Below, in pieces: positions 1 through 13,879 of a DNA stretch of 64,000 nucleotides. Numbering within the stretch: the stretch's first letter is position 1; every line of letters starts with the position of its first letter. The stretch is from NCBI RefSeq assembly GCF_021869535.1, contig NW_026262581.1:121892001-121956000 (forward strand), in the 5' to 3' direction. The position numbers and the translations under genes are program-made. The notes below the pieces were generated by a model that was not told the origin of the DNA, ran no database searches, and saw only the letters and a list, made by a program, of their open reading frames with translations. The stretch is from Mytilus californianus. Lineage: Eukaryota.

Positions 1-3000
1 ATTAAAATGTGTATAATAGATATATATATATATGTATTACAGGGCTCACACTACTTCAGAATCATAGGGAGAAATGACTTCTCTTTTTGAAACTGATAGG
101 GAGAAGTGGTAAAATTTGAAAGAGAAGTGCTTGTTCGCTTACGGCACTATAATGTTTGGTTTTTACTATAATATTAAGGGCCATATTTATCCTTTCTATT
201 TATTTTTTATATTGTTCAATTCAAATCTGAGTATACAATTAAAGTAACAGTTGTTTCAGTTTATGTCATGTATGTCTTTCATAAATAATCATTAATAGTT
301 GCACAATTATATTAGTCCTCAAGATTGTCAGAAACTACCAACTAAATATCTAGCACTAAAAAGAACTTTTGTTATATCAAAATGGAAAAGAATGTATCAT
401 ATATCAATTAAAATTCAATTAAAAAACTATTCTGTTTATCATGTTTATGAAACTCATTGTCAAATAAGGACCTCAAAAATTGTGAATGTTTTAATGCTGT
501 CATAATTGACTTTATGATAAAGACCACCACTATCAGTATTCTCCTCTGGTGCTCATCTTTTTTGTTCAATCCCTGCCTTGGTCAAACCAAAAATACAGAT
601 ATTAAAACCAGTATTTGGTGCTTCTCCATCAATGAAAACAATCTTTCAATTTTTAGGGTGGAGTAACTGCATATTAATTACTGAGTACTATTGGTTTAAT
701 GTTTCATTATGTAAGTTTACAAAGATTCTGCAATTAACTTTACAAAATTTTTTTTTTTAATTTTTATTTTAAAGTGGGGAATAACATGACTTAGTATCAG
801 GTGTTGTGTATAATTTATGTTTAAAATATCCTTTGTCATTTTTACCCTTGAAAATGTCATGTAAAAAGATATGTATATACCTTCAAACTTATTGTTTATT
901 ATTGTCATATCTGATTTACTTTCTAAATTTTGTTCATACTTTGTATTCACTGTAAATATAATCATTTCACAAAGAACAAGAGAATTTGTTTCATCCATTT
1001 TTCATCTAGTCTTTATGTACAACTGTAAGTTAACATCTGCTCATATACAAAATAAGTAAATACTGTGTATTTTATACAGCAAGTCTCGTCATTCATTTTT
1101 ACATTATATATGAACAAAGTGGAAATGTAAGATTCCTTCTCTCAAAGGTGATCTCCATAATATTTTTAAATACCAATGTATATTTTAAGACTGTCTTATT
1201 ACACTGATGCAAGGTTATTTCCATAGTTATATATTATGCAACAAATCAATTTTGTTTAGAGCTCTGTTGGATTGTTTAAACAAAACACATCACATTTTTC
1301 CCCTGAAATCAGCAGATTTTATTTATAAATCATGTTATGAAATATTGATTTCTTACCTTAACAAATTACAATTTGGTAATCTTTTTATTGATAACAATAG
1401 GACTAAAATAGTAGATGCACAGATGTACAGTTATCATATTCCAATATTTTAAGACCTTGAATACAGAAAAAATATTGTTAACAAGTTATTGTACCTAAAA
1501 GAATAGAAATTTTCTTGTAGTTGTTTGTGTGAGTTGGTGATTGTGGAAAATGACCTGATACACAATATAGATGTATACATTGTTAGTTAGAATTTCAGGA
1601 AAACAATTCAAAAGCCCATAAATATTAAGGAAAACATGTCAAGAAATGATAAACTGCATTTAAAACACATACAATTAGGATTTTTGTAGTATAATACTTA
1701 CAAATTTTTAACATAATTTATCCTATTTCTATTGAATAAATATTTTCTGAATAGATGAACATTGCAGATATTGAGATCCATTAATGTTTTAATATAAGTG
1801 TACAATCTGTGACAATAGTATTTCATAATATTTAAAGTAATGAAACTGGGTGATTTTATGGAAAAGGGTTTTATTTACAATTGTTTTATTCAGACTACTA
1901 AATAATTTTTCAGCATGTTCAGCATAAGAGAGGTGAAAGATACCAAAGGGACATTTAAACTCTTTAAGTCGAAAAACAATCTGACAAAGCCTTGGTATTC
2001 CCTTACTGCTGCTGCTAATATCAGAATAACTGTTTGACTGGTGTAATTTTTATTTCACCTGCAATTGAAATTACATAATTTATATGTATTTTAAACAAAC
2101 TATTCATGTTAGTCCTCAGCAGAAAACCTGTATTATGGTCAGCTTGGTACATTTTTCAGTACAGACCTAACTTGGGTAGAATTATTCATATATATTCAAT
2201 ATTTGTTATTTTAGATATGATTTTTAAAAATGTGTTGTACTGCTCATTCATATTTAGTGTTTCAGATCTCATAGACATTGTTTATTATTGTTATATGTAT
2301 ATAAGATTAACTTGGTAATTAATTGGTTTAAGGAGTGACAAATGGGAGGAAAGGTAGAAAAAGTGAAAGGAGTGACTGATGGAAAAAGGTGTAAATAAAT
2401 ATCATATATTACTGTAAAATATTCACTGTGAAATCATACAGTTCTTTTATTTATTGACACTGGGCTGTTGGTTTCCTATAAATCCAAATATTGTGATAAA
2501 ATTTACTTTTTGTTGAATATTCAGAGATTCAATGGATTTGTGTGATTTAGATGTATCTTTTCACAGACTTGATAACATGGAATAAAAACCATGAAGTAAA
2601 TGTGTATAGTTGCTGTAATATGTGTAAATGGAACATCAAATTTCCTCAAACCATGAATGGTGGTCTTTTAAAAGCATTTTTGTGTATTGACTGAGAACTA
2701 ATTAAATTAGCCTGAATATGCCTTGATTCATACTTAGAACCTTTTATCCAGAATAGATGTTTATATTTTATTTTCAAAAATGGTTTGTCAAATGTATTCA
2801 TTTAAATAGTTAGGCAGCAAATCTGTCTGCAAAAGGTGTTGAATTGTTTTGTGAAGTTTATGTGTACCACAGTATGAGAACTTCGCTGGCTATTTTTTTG
2901 TCAGCATTTGACAAATTATTAAGGTTTTCTTGTTACATTATTTAAAAGTATGGTGTAAGATAGAAAGTATGTGTATAGATGAACTATTGTTGATTTAATA

Positions 3001-3097
3001 TGTTATCATTGTCATTTTAAGAATATCAATATATATAATAAAAAGCCTTGGAATATAATGATTATGATTATTAAATTGGCCACTTTGTTTGAAAAAG

Positions 3098-3300
3098 AAA
3101 AGAGAATGGAAACAGGGAATGTGTCAAAGAGACAACAACCCGACCAAAGAGCAGAAAAAAGCCCTAGGTCACCAATGGGTCTTTAGCAAGAAAAACCCAC
3201 ATCCAGATGTTGGCTTCAGCTGGCCCTAAACAAAAATGTATACTAGTTCACCAAAAAGGACTTACACTTAACTCCAAATCATGCAATTGAAACAAAATTT
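3098..3300 (+). mobile_element. SINE-like interspersed repeat fragment carried in each 3.2-kb unit (also ~6300, ~9515, ~12680; reverse-strand piece at 17720-17790)
   Basis: Motif GAGAATGGAAAC..GGAATGTGTCAAAGAGACAACAACCCGACC...CACCAATGGGTCTT...CAGCTGGCCC; its reverse complement occurs independently at about 17720-17790. Family identity is recalled from mussel repeats and not verified. Confidence 0.6.
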
Positions 3301-4659
3301 TAAAAACACTTACATCAAACTTCAGTTCCATTTACAGGAAGTTTGGTAGCCATAAGTTATTACAGAAATGTTTTGGCTCATAATAATGATGAATTTCTTG
3401 TGCACTTAACATCCATTGAATGGAATTACTTTTCTACACATCCTGACGTAACTCATAAATAAGGGATGGTTAATGACTATTACAAATAACAATGATCAAA
3501 CATGTCAGTCATCTGTGACACAGACGTACATATGTCCAAATATATAAACCAACCTGTTCAGGAGACCATCAAGCTTTGCATTTATGGATCTTATTTTTGC
3601 AAATGTTTACTATGTTTAAGTAGAGTTTTTGTAATTATTAATAAAGCAGAATATAGAAATATCACACCAACCTTTAAAAGTCAACTCTGAATGCAGAGAT
3701 TTGGAGATGATGTGTTTTGTAAGATAAATAATGGTTTGTAGTAGCTAAACTTTGAAATTAGCTTAAAGCAAAATAATTAAAGTTATGTCCCTTTGACCGT
3801 AGTAGTCATCTCTTATAGAAAGGTCTATTTTGAACTTTCACTATTTGATTTTGCTTTTCTGTGTTCTTAGTTGGTATTTTGTGACTAGCGAGGTTTCTTT
3901 CTCTATCTTATTTACTCCATACACAATGGGGTAAGATGGGGTTGATGTTAGTTTCTCGAGTTCATTATTTTGATATACCGGTAAACCAAATAAAGAGAAA
4001 AAGTTTAACTGTAACTTCCTTATAACTGTTTGATGTTATTTTGGATTCTTAAGGCCTTCATTCAGAAAAATGTTATTGAACTTTTAGCATTTAATAAGTT
4101 TAAGCTATATTTGTAATAAACAGCTTGTGGTTGTTGAAGCAGATTGTCCCGGCTGTTAACCCATGTTTGGGGAGCAAAATACTTACTTTTTGTTACATCG
4201 AACATAATACTTTAATCCTTCTAAGTCATCTTGCTTTGGTATTGACAACATACGTGATAGTTTGTGTATGAAATATAGGAGAAGCCTTTGGTGTCAATAA
4301 ACATGGTACCACTGTGTGTAGATTCCATTGGATAACTATTTTTATCTTTTTATATCTGAACTTGTGATGTGAATTTCCAAAAAGTATACTAATACTCCCT
4401 TATTGAAGGTGGAAAATATATGTCTGTAACTTGTTTTGGAAATCTCTTGTATTTTCCAAAATACATCTAACTGAATTCGTTTAAGTTTAAAGACGTCAAT
4501 TTTTTTGTGTTTTAATTAAAGCTTGTTTATCTTTTGAAGTTTCACTGGCAATCCCCAGTCCAATTAGAAACTATTGGAATGCAGCATACTTTTATCGTTG
4601 AAAATTAGTGCCACAATATGTTATTAAATACATGTATTGTTTTTGGCGCATATTTTTAT

Positions 4660-5145
4660 GAATGTAGGACAGAAAGTCACAGGACAAAAAATCACAGACA
4701 AAAAGTTACGGACAAAAAGTCACAATTCAGTTTTGAGATTATTTTGCTTTGAATAAGAAAACACTTATTTTTAAAAACATGAATTGTACTTTTATTGAAT
4801 TATTATATATAAAGCAACTTTGTAAACAAAATTTATTCTGAAAAAAACTCCAATAATGCTCATATAATTGTGATGAAAACAATTTGTCAAAGTGGCTTGG
4901 TACTTAAATGGCTTCATGGTGACAAGGAATATATCCTTTGCAAGATTAAAATTTGATAAATCTTCATTTATCAACGCTTATGAACAATTTCCTTAACTGT
5001 AAAATGAATATATGTAAAAAAAAAAAAAAAAAAGAAAAGAAATTATTTCAAGAACTTTCTCTCATATATTCAAAGAATTTTATTCGTGACTTTTTGTCCT
5101 TTTAAATTTGTGACTTTCTCTCCTGTGACTTTTTGTCCGTTTACC
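4660..5145. mobile_element. Foldback-type MITE with TIRs built of GGACAAAAAGTCACA subrepeats (copy 1)
   Basis: The left arm has tandem GGACA(G/A)AAAGTCACA and the right arm has tandem TGTGACTTTTTGTCC. The element is absent from array copy 4. Confidence 0.75.
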
Positions 5146-7869
5146 TTTCTGATCACTCTGCAGGCCAGCCTGAAGTAAACGGTCGAAGGGCTTGTTCAGT
5201 ATAAATGGCAGACATCTTTTTTCTAACCTATTTTTTCTGTTGCTTGTTATTCTTTCTCATCCTGAGAAAACAGTTCGATCTGTATTTAATTCTTAGAACT
5301 CAATAAGTATTTAATAATCTAGGTTTCTTTGCATTTAGAAAGAGGACTTTTTCATGTTAAAGCGTGCCTTGATTTTAAAGTATTAATCCTATCTTCAATG
5401 ACACTTATGATTAGAGATCGTATGCCGTTATTTAGCCTTAGAGCCATAATGATTTTTCTCTGAAAATCAGATTACTATTGTTGACGCTGGAGACATTTTA
5501 TGTTATTCTTATATGTATATCAAAATAACTGGGTAATAAATTGGTCCAAGGAGTGAAAAATGGGAGGAAAGGTAGCAAAAGTGGTAGGAGTGACTGATGG
5601 AAAAAGGTTTAAATAAATATTCACTGTCAAATCATAAAATTCTTTTATTTATTGACACTGGGCTGTTGGTTTCTTATAAATCCAAATATTGTGATAAAAT
5701 TTACTTTTTGTTGAATATTCAGAGATTCGATGGATTTGTGGGATTTAAATGTATCTTTTCACAGACTTGATTACATGGAATAAAAACCATGAAGTAAATG
5801 TGTATAGTTGCTGTAATATGTGTAAATGGAACGTCAAAATTTCCTCAAACCATGAATGAAAGCCTTTTAAAAGCATTATTTGTGTATTGACTGAGAACTA
5901 ATAAAATTAGCCTGAATCTGCCTTGATTCATACTAAGAACCTTTTATCCAGAATAGATGTTTTTATTTTATTTTCAAAAATGGTTTGTCAAATGTATTTA
6001 TTTAAATAGTTAGGTAGCAAATCTGTCTTAAAAGGTATTGAACTGTTTTGTGAAGTTTATGTGTACCAAAGTATGAGAACTTCGCTGGTTATTTTTTTGT
6101 CAGCATTTGACGAATTATTAAGGTTTTCTTGTAACATTATTTAGAAGTATGGTGTAAGATAGAAAGTATGTGTATAGATGAACTATTGTTAATTTAATAT
6201 GTTATCATTGTCATTTTAATGAATATCAATATATATAATAAAAAGCCTTTGAATATAATGATTATGATTATTACATTGGCCACTTTGTTTGAAAAAGAAA
6301 AGAGAATGGAAACAGGGAATGTGTCAAAGAGACAACAACCCGACCAAAGAGCAGAAAAAAGCCCTAGGCCACCAATGGGTCTTTAGCAAGAAAATCCCAC
6401 ATCCAGATGTTGGCTTCAGCTGGCCCTAAACAAAAATGTATACTAGTTCACCAAAAAGGACGCTACACTTAACTCCAAATCATGCAATTGAAACAAAATT
6501 TTAAAAACACTTACATCAAACTTCAGTTCCATTTACAGGAAGTTTGGTAGCCATAAGTTATTACAGAAATGTTTTGGCTCATAATAATGATGAATTTCTT
6601 GTGCACTTAACATCCATTGAATGGAATTACTTTTCTACACATCCTGACATAACTCATAAATAAGGGATGGTTAATGACTATTACAAATAACAATGATCAA
6701 ACATGTCAGTCATCTGTGACACAGACGTACATATGTCCAAATATATAAACCAACCTGTTCAGGAGACCATCAAGCTTTGCATTTATGGATCTTATTTTTG
6801 CAAATGTTTACTATGTTTAAGTAGAGTTTTTGTAATTATTAATAAAGCAGAATATAGAAATATCACACCAACCTTTAAAAGTCAACTCTGAATGCAGAGA
6901 TTTGGAGATGATGTGTTTTGTAAGATAAATAATGGTTTGTAGTAGCTAAACTTTGAAATTAGCTTAAAGCAAAATAATTAAAGTTATGTCCCTTTGACCG
7001 TAGTAGTCATCTCTTATAGAAAGGTCTATTTTGAACTTTCCCTATTTGATTTTGCTTTTCTGTGTTCTTGTTGGTATTTTGTGACTAGCGAGGTTTCTTT
7101 CTCTATCTTATTTACTCCATACACAATGGGGTAAGATGGGGTTGATGTTAGTTTCTCGAGTTCATTATTTTGATATACCGGTAAACCAAATAAAGAGAAA
7201 AAGTTTAACTGTAACTTCCTTATAACTGTTTGATGTTATTTTGGATTCTTAAGGCCTTCATTCAGAAAAATGTTATTGTACTTTTTGCATTTAATAAGTT
7301 TAAGCTATATTTGTAATAAACAGCTTGTGGTTGTTGAAGCAGATTGTCCCGGCTGTTAACCCATGTTTGGGGAGCAAAATACTTACTTTTTGTTACATCG
7401 AACATAATACTTTAATCCTTCTAAGTCATCTTGCTTTGGTATTGACAACATACGTGATAGTTTGTGTATGAAATATAGGAGAAGCCTTTGGTGTCAATAA
7501 ACATGGTACCACTGTGTGTAGATTCCATTGGATAACTATTTTTATTTTTTTTATCTTTTTATATCTGAACTTGTGATGTGAATTTCCAAAAAGTATACTA
7601 ATACTCCCTTATTGAAGGTGGAAAATATATGTCTGTAACTTGTTTTGGAAATCTCTTGTATTTTCCAAAATACATCTAACTGAATTCGTTTAAGTTTAAA
7701 GACGTCAATTTTTTTGTGTTTTAATTAAAGCTTGTTTATCTTTTGAAGTTTCACTGGCAATCCCCAGTCCAATTAGAAACTATTGGAATGCAGCATACTT
7801 TTATCGTTGAAAATTAGTGCCACAATATGTTATTAAATACATGTATTGTTTTTGGCGCCTATTTTTTAT

Positions 7870-8347
7870 GAGTGTAGGACAGAAAGTCACAGGACAAAAA
7901 GTCACAGACAAAAAAGTACGGACAAAAAGTCACCATTCAGTTTTGAGATTATTTTTCTTTGAATAAGAAAACACTTATTTTTAAAAACATGAATTGTACT
8001 TGTATTGAATTATTATATATAAAGCAACTTTGTAAACAAAATTTATTCTGAAAAAAAACCCCAATAATGCTCATATAATTGTGATGAAAACAATTTGTCA
8101 AAGTGGCTTGGTACTTAAATGGCTTCATGGTGACAAGGAATATATCCTTTGCAAGATTAGAATTTGATAAATCTTCATTTATCAACGCTTATGAACAATT
8201 TCCTTAACTGTAAAATGAATATATGTAAAAAAAAAGAAAAGAAATTATTTCAAGAACTTTCTCTCATATATTCAAAGAATTTTATTCGTGACTTTTTGTC
8301 CTATTAAATTTGTGACTTTCTCTCCTGTGACTTTTTGTCCGTTTACC
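7870..8347. mobile_element. Foldback-type MITE (copy 2)
   Basis: Same element in the second array unit. Confidence 0.75.
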
Positions 8348-11069
8348 TTTCTGATCACTCTGCAACCTGAAGTAAACGGTCGAAGGGCTTGTTCAGTATA
8401 CATTTTTGTTTTTGTAAATGGCAGTTATCTTTTTTCTGACCTATTTTTTCTGTTGCTTGTTATTCTTTCTCATCCTCGAGAAAACAGTTCGATCTGTATT
8501 TAATTCTTAGAACTCAATAAGTATTTAATAATCTAGGTTTCTTTGCATTTAGAAAGAGGACTTTTTCATGTTAAAGCGTGCCTTGATTTTAAAGTATTAA
8601 TCCTATCTTCAATGACACTTATGATTAGAGATCGTATGCCGTTATTTAGCCTTAGAGCCATAATGATTTTTCTCTGAAAATCAGATTACTATTGTTGACG
8701 CTGGAGACATTTTATGTTATTCTTATATGTATATCAAAATAACTGGGTAATAAATTGGTCCAAGGAGTGACAAATGGGAGGAAAGGTAGCAAAAGTGGTA
8801 GGAGTGACTGATTGAAAAAGGTTTAAATAAATATTCACTGTCAAATCATACAGTTCTTTTATTTATTGACACTGGGCTGTTGGTTTCTTATAAATCCAAA
8901 TATTGTGATAAAATTTACTTTTTGTTGAATATTCAGAGATTCAATGGATTTGTGGGATTTAAATGTATCTTTTCACAGACTTGATTACATGGAATAAAAA
9001 CCATGAAGTAAATGTGTATAGTTGCTGTAATATGTGTAAATGGAACGTCAAAATTTCCTCAAACCATGAATGAAAGCCTTTTAAAAGCATTATTTGTGTA
9101 TTGACTGAGAACTAATAAAATTAGCCTGAATCTGCCTTGATTCATACTAAGAACCTTTTATCCAGAATAGATGTTTATATTTTATTTTCAAAAATGGTTT
9201 GTCAAATGTATTTATTTAAATAGTTAGGTAGCAAGTCTGTCTTTAAAAGGTATTGAACTGTTTTGTGAAGTTTATGTGTACCAAAGTATGAGAATTTCGC
9301 TGGTTATATTTTTGTCAGCATTTGACGAATTATTAAGGTTTTCCTGTTACATTATTTAGAAGTATGGTGTAAGATAGAAAGTATGTGTATAGATGAACTA
9401 TTGTTAAATTAATATGTTATCATTGTCATTTTAATGAATATCAATATATATAATAAAAAGCCTTGGAATATAATGATAATGATTATTACATTGGCCACTT
9501 TGTTTGAAAAAGAAAAGAGAATGGAAACAGGGAATTGCAAAGAGACAACAACCTGACCAAAGAGCAGAAAAAAGCCCTTGGCCACCAATGGGTCTTTAGC
9601 AAGAAAATCCTGCATCCGGATGTTGGCTTCAGCTGGCCCTTAACAAAAATGTATACTATTTCACCAAAAAGGACGTTACACTAAACTCCAAATCATGCAA
9701 TTGAAACAAAATTTTAAAAACACTTACATCAAACTTCAGTTCCATTTACAGGAAGTTTGGTAGCCATAAGTTATTACAGAAATGTTTTGACTCATAATAA
9801 TGATGAATTTCCTGTGCACTTAACATCCATTGAATGGAATTACTTTTCTACACATCCTGACATAACTCATAAATAAGGGATGGTTAATGACTATTACAAA
9901 TAACAATGATCAAACATGTCAGTCATCTGTGACACAGACGTACATATGTCCAAATATATAAACCAACCTGTTCAGGAGACCATCAAGCTTTGCATTTATG
10001 GATCTTATTTTTGCAAATGTTTACTATGTTTAAGTAGAGTTTTTGTAATTATTAATAAAGCAGATTATAGAAATATCACACCAACCTTTAAAAGTCAACT
10101 CTGAATGCAGAGATTTGGAGATGATGTGTTTTGTAAGGTAAATAATGGTTTGTAGTAGCTAAACTTTGAAATTAGCTTAAAGCAAAATAATTAAAGTTAT
10201 GTCCCTTTGACCGTAGTAGTCATCTCTTATAGAAAGGTCTATTTTGAATTTTCCCTATTTGATTTTGCTTTTCTGTGTTCTTGTTGGTATTTTGTGACTA
10301 GTGAGGTTTCTTATTCTATCTTATTTACTCCATACACAATATGGTAAGATGGGGTTGATGTTAGTTTCTCAAGTTCATTATTTTGATATAAACCAAATAA
10401 AGATAAGTTTAACTGTAATTTCCTTATAACTGTTTGATGTTATTTTGGATTCTTAAGGCCTTCATTCAGAAAATGTTATTGTACTTTTTGCATTTAATAA
10501 GTTTAAGCTATATTTGTAATAAACAGCTTGTGGTTGTTGAAGCAGATTGTCCCGGCTGTTAACCCATGTTTGGGGAGCAAAATACTTACTTTTTGTTACA
10601 TCGAACATAATACTTTAATCCTTCTAAGTCATCTTGCTTTGGTATTGACAACATACGTGATAGTTTGTGTATGAAATATAGGAGAAGCCTTTGGTGTCAA
10701 TAAACATGGTACCACTGTGTGTAGATTCCATTGGATAACTATTTTTATTTTTTTTATCTATTTATATCTGAACTTGTGATGTGAATTTCCAAAAAGTATA
10801 CTTATACTCCCTTATTGAAGATGGAACATATATGTCTGTAACTTGTTTTGGAAATCTCTTGTATTTTCCAAAATACATCTAACTGAATTCGTTTAAGTTT
10901 AAAGACGTCAATTTTTTTGGTGTTTTAATTAAAACTTGTTTATCTTTTGAAGTTTCACTGGCAATCCCCAGTCCAATTAGAAACTATTGGAATGCAGCAT
11001 ACTTTTATCGTCGAAAATAAGTGCCACAATATGTTAAACATATATTGTTTTTTGGCGCCTATTTTTGAT

Positions 11070-11580
11070 GAATGTAGGACAGAAAGTCACAGGACAAAAA
11101 GTCACAGACAAAAAGTTACGGACAAAAAGTCACAATTCAGTTTTGAGATTATTTTTCATTGAATAAGAAAACACTTATCTTTAAAAACATGAATTGTATT
11201 TTTATTGAATTATTATATATAAAGCAACTTTGTAAACAAAATTTATTCTGAAAAAAAAACAATAATGCTCATATAATTTTGATGAAAACAATTTGTCAAA
11301 GTGGCTTGGTACCTAAATGGCTTCATGGTGACAAGGAATATATCCTTTGCATGATTAAAATTTGATAAATCTTCATTTATCAACGCTTATGAACAATTTC
11401 CTTAACTGTAAAATGAATATATGTAAAAAAAAAAAAAAAAAAAAAGAAAAGAAATTATTTCAATACTTTCTCTCATATATTCAAAGAATTTTTAAAAAAT
11501 TATTCGTGACTTTTTGTCCTATTAAATTTGTGACTTTCTCTCATGTGATTTTTTGTCCTTTGACTTTTTGTCCGTTTACC
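11070..11580. mobile_element. Foldback-type MITE (copy 3) flanked by an 8-bp TSD-like repeat TTT(T/C)TGAT
   Basis: Flanks are TTTTTGAT (11062-11069) and TTTCTGAT (11581-11588). A single TTTCTGAT is present at the empty site 12895-12902. Confidence 0.8.
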
Positions 11581-13879
11581 TTTCTGATCACTCTGCAGCC
11601 TGAAGTAAACGGTCGAAGGGCTTGTTCAGTGTAAATGGCAGTTATTTTTTTTCTAACCTTTTTTTCTGTTGCTTGTTATTCTTTCTCGTCCTCGAGAAAA
11701 CAGTTCTGTATTTAATTCTTAGAACTCAACAAGTATTTAATAATCTAGGTTTCTTCGCATTCAGATAGAGGATTTTTTCATGGTAAAGCGTGCCTTGATT
11801 TAAAGTATTAATCCTATCTTCAATTACACTTATGATTAGAGATCGTATACCGTTATTTAGCCTTAGAGCCATAATGATTTTTCTCTGAAAATCAGATTAC
11901 TATTGTTGACGCTGGAGACATTTTATGTTATTCTTATATGTATATCAAAATAACTGGGTAATAAATTGGTCCAAGGAGTGACAAATGGGAGGAAAGGTAG
12001 CAAAAGTGGTAGGAGTGACTGATTGAAAAAGGTTTAAATAAATATTCACTGTCAAATCATACAGTTCTTTTATTTATTGACACTGGGCTGTTGGTTTCTT
12101 ATAAATCCAAATATTGTGATAAAATTTACTTTTTGTTGAATATTCAGAGATTCGATGGATTTGTGGGATTTAAATGTATCTTTTCACAGACTTGATTACA
12201 TGGAATAAAAACCATGAAGTAAATGTGTATAGTTGCTGTAATATGTGTAAATGGAACGTCAAAATTTCCTCAAACCATGAATGAAAGCCTTTTAAAAGCA
12301 TTATTTGTGTATTGACTGAGAACTAATAAAATTAGCCTGAATCTGCCTTGATTCATACTTAGAACCTTTTATCCAGAATAGATGTTTATATTTTATTTTC
12401 AAAAAAGGTTTGTCAAATGTATTTATTTAAATAGTTAGGCAGCAAATCTGTCTTTAAAAGGTATTGAATTGTTTTGTGAAGTTTATGTGTACCAAAGTAT
12501 GAGAACTTCGCTGGTTATATTTTTGTCAGCATTTGACGAATTGTTAATGTTTTCCTGTTACATTATTTAGAGAGTATGTGTATAGATGAACTATTGTTAA
12601 TTTAATATGTTATCATTATCATTTTAATGAATATCAATATATATATCAATATATATAATAAAAAACCTTGGAGGAATATTACCCGACCAAGGCCACCAAT
12701 GGGTCTTCAGCAAGATAATCCCGCCAGGAGGCGGGCTTCAGCTGGCCCCTAAACAATAATGTATACTAGTTCAGCAAAAAGGACGCCACACTTAACTCCA
12801 AATCATGAAATTAGAAACTATTGGAATGCAGCATACTTTTACCGTCGAAAATTAGTGCCACAAAATGTTAATACATGTATTGTTTTGGCGCCTATTTCTG
12901 ATGACTCTGCAGCCTGAAGTAAATGGTCGAAGGACTTGATCAGTATAAACGGCAGTTATTTTTTTTCTTACCTTTTTTTCTGTTGCTTGTTATTCTTTTT
13001 CGCCATCGAGAAAACAGTTCTGTATTTAATTCTAAGAACTCAACAAGTATTTAATGATCTAGGTTTCTAGAATTGTCAATAGTTCCTTTAATGCATTTAG
13101 AAAGAGGACTTTTTCATGTAAAAGCGTGCTTTGATTTTAAAGTATTAATCTACGATTCAATCCTATCTTCAATGACACTTATGATTAGAGATCGTATGCC
13201 GTTATTTAGTCTTAGAGCCATCGTTCTCTGAAAATCAGATTACTATTGTTGACGCTGGAGACAATTGTATCTTTCGAAATATTTTTAAATGGCGGCAGCA
13301 CCATGACGAGCGTCTGACTGGGTTTTTTTAGTTTTCTTCTGTATTGTCCAACGGTTCCTGGATCTAAGTTGCTTTTTTAATTTGTTGTCTATGGTCACAA
13401 GCTAGCTCCTATATTTGTTTCATATTAGACGATTTTAGCTATTCTATTTAGACCCGTTTTGCTTCTGAAATGATACTGCTAGATTGCGAGAGATGAAGGC
13501 CTCGTAAAATGTCTGGGTTAACTGTAACTACTTTACATTGTCTCGCGATCGGTTGTAATGTTTTTATGCTTGCATCTACAATTTTGGAAGAAATTTCAAA
13601 GTTTCTGTAGAAATCGTATACAGCTGACATCTGCATCACCAGGATTTTTTTTTACACTGGACTTATGGCATATATGAAAATACATCTTTCTTTAGAAAAT
13701 AAAACTACTGTACCAATCGAATTCATTTCTGGTCATATATTAAGAAAGTCTTTGCATTTCAGATGCGTGGCTTTCTTGTTGATTACCGATGGCAGTTTAG
13801 CCTTTGACACTATAAAAAATTTACCATTGAAAAACATTAATTTTGTGATAACCGATTAAAACAAAATCTAATAAGTGTT

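Larger units (their letters stand above)
2273..13264. repeat. Tandem array of a ~3.21-kb unit: 3 full copies plus a 1.35-kb internally deleted 4th copy
   Basis: The unit junction AGACAT recurs at 2273, 5491, 8705 and 11916 (periods 3218, 3214, 3211), and the last copy ends GCTGGAGACA at about 13263. The same 62-aa spurious ORF recurs at 3502, 6703 and 9916. Copies differ by scattered SNPs and indels. Confidence 0.97.

Noticed and set aside
3304-3462. Open frame in each 3.2-kb unit containing YYRNVLAH, an R-x4-H motif like DZIP3-type HEPN domains, after a TTTACAG acceptor
   Set aside because: Only about 52 codons with no other HEPN features. All three differences seen between copies are non-synonymous (V>I, A>T inside the motif, L>P), and the only candidate donor is lost in copies 2-3.
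3502-3690. 62-aa ORF repeated three times
   Set aside because: Its recurrence reflects the tandem duplication; there is no domain similarity or splice support.
2273-13264. 3.2-kb unit as a Helitron tandem
   Set aside because: There is no 5'-TC, 3'-CTRR or subterminal hairpin at the unit junction.
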